A DNA stretch of 64,000 nucleotides from a virus: positions 67,198 to 131,197 of IMG/VR virus record IMGVR_UViG_3300022925_000008, one strand, 5' to 3'. This document shows positions 64,000-64,000 of the stretch, piece after piece. Numbering within the stretch: the stretch's first letter is position 1; each line of letters opens with the position of its first letter. Position numbers and translations under genes: made by a program. The notes beneath the pieces were generated by a model. It did no database searches and was not told the origin of the DNA. It was given only the letters and a program-made list of their open reading frames with translations.

Positions 64000-64000
64000 A

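Noticed and set aside
1-64000. tRNA genes, CRISPR arrays, introns or inteins
   Set aside because: No cloverleaf or regularly spaced repeat-spacer array was seen by eye. Core genes (gp43, gp41, gp17, gp20, gp23, gp46) have ordinary lengths. A tRNAscan/Infernal run would be needed to exclude short RNAs fully.
13-64000. All early, replication and late genes on one strand, and no gp24 after gp23
   Set aside because: Differs from T4 itself but is a known arrangement in marine T4-like phages; not novel.

Overview
This window is a 64-kb fragment of a lytic T4-like myovirus genome with marine/aquatic T4-like gene content. Essentially all genes lie on the minus strand, and the many plus-strand ORFs are shadows. 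In transcription order (right to left) it carries: (1) the end of a tail-fibre gene with a Peptidase_S74-type chaperone, then neck, terminase, sheath, tube and portal genes (gp13-gp20); (2) a ~9.3-kb block of six extra virion-type genes, including a 56-triplet collagen, inserted between gp20 and gp67; (3) head genes gp67/68/21/22/23, then gp3, uvsY, uvsW and gp55; (4) the replication core gp47/46/45/44/62/regA/hsp20/gp43/AEP-like/uvsX/gp41; (5) a translationally coupled DNA-hypermodification cluster (BFD-like ferredoxin, class II glutamine amidotransferase, amidoligase, GNAT, GIY-YIG/ParB protein, amino-acid:DNA transferase, TET/JBP dioxygenase, P-loop kinase, DUF3310) followed by an SNase-like nuclease, Dam, glutaredoxin, MazG and a cupin; (6) an early accessory region of small ORFs; and (7) a late-promoter unit encoding a PD-(D/E)xK-like nuclease and a His-rich protein with a T4-type capsid-targeting sequence. 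The main highlights are the TET/JBP-kinase-AADT-amidoligase-GATase-GNAT pathway, which predicts an uncharacterised hypermodified base, and 11 promoters that each carry an IHF-consensus box 29-30 nt upstream of TATAAT. No tRNA, CRISPR array, intron or intein was recognised. All family assignments come from motif recognition by eye, not from database searches.
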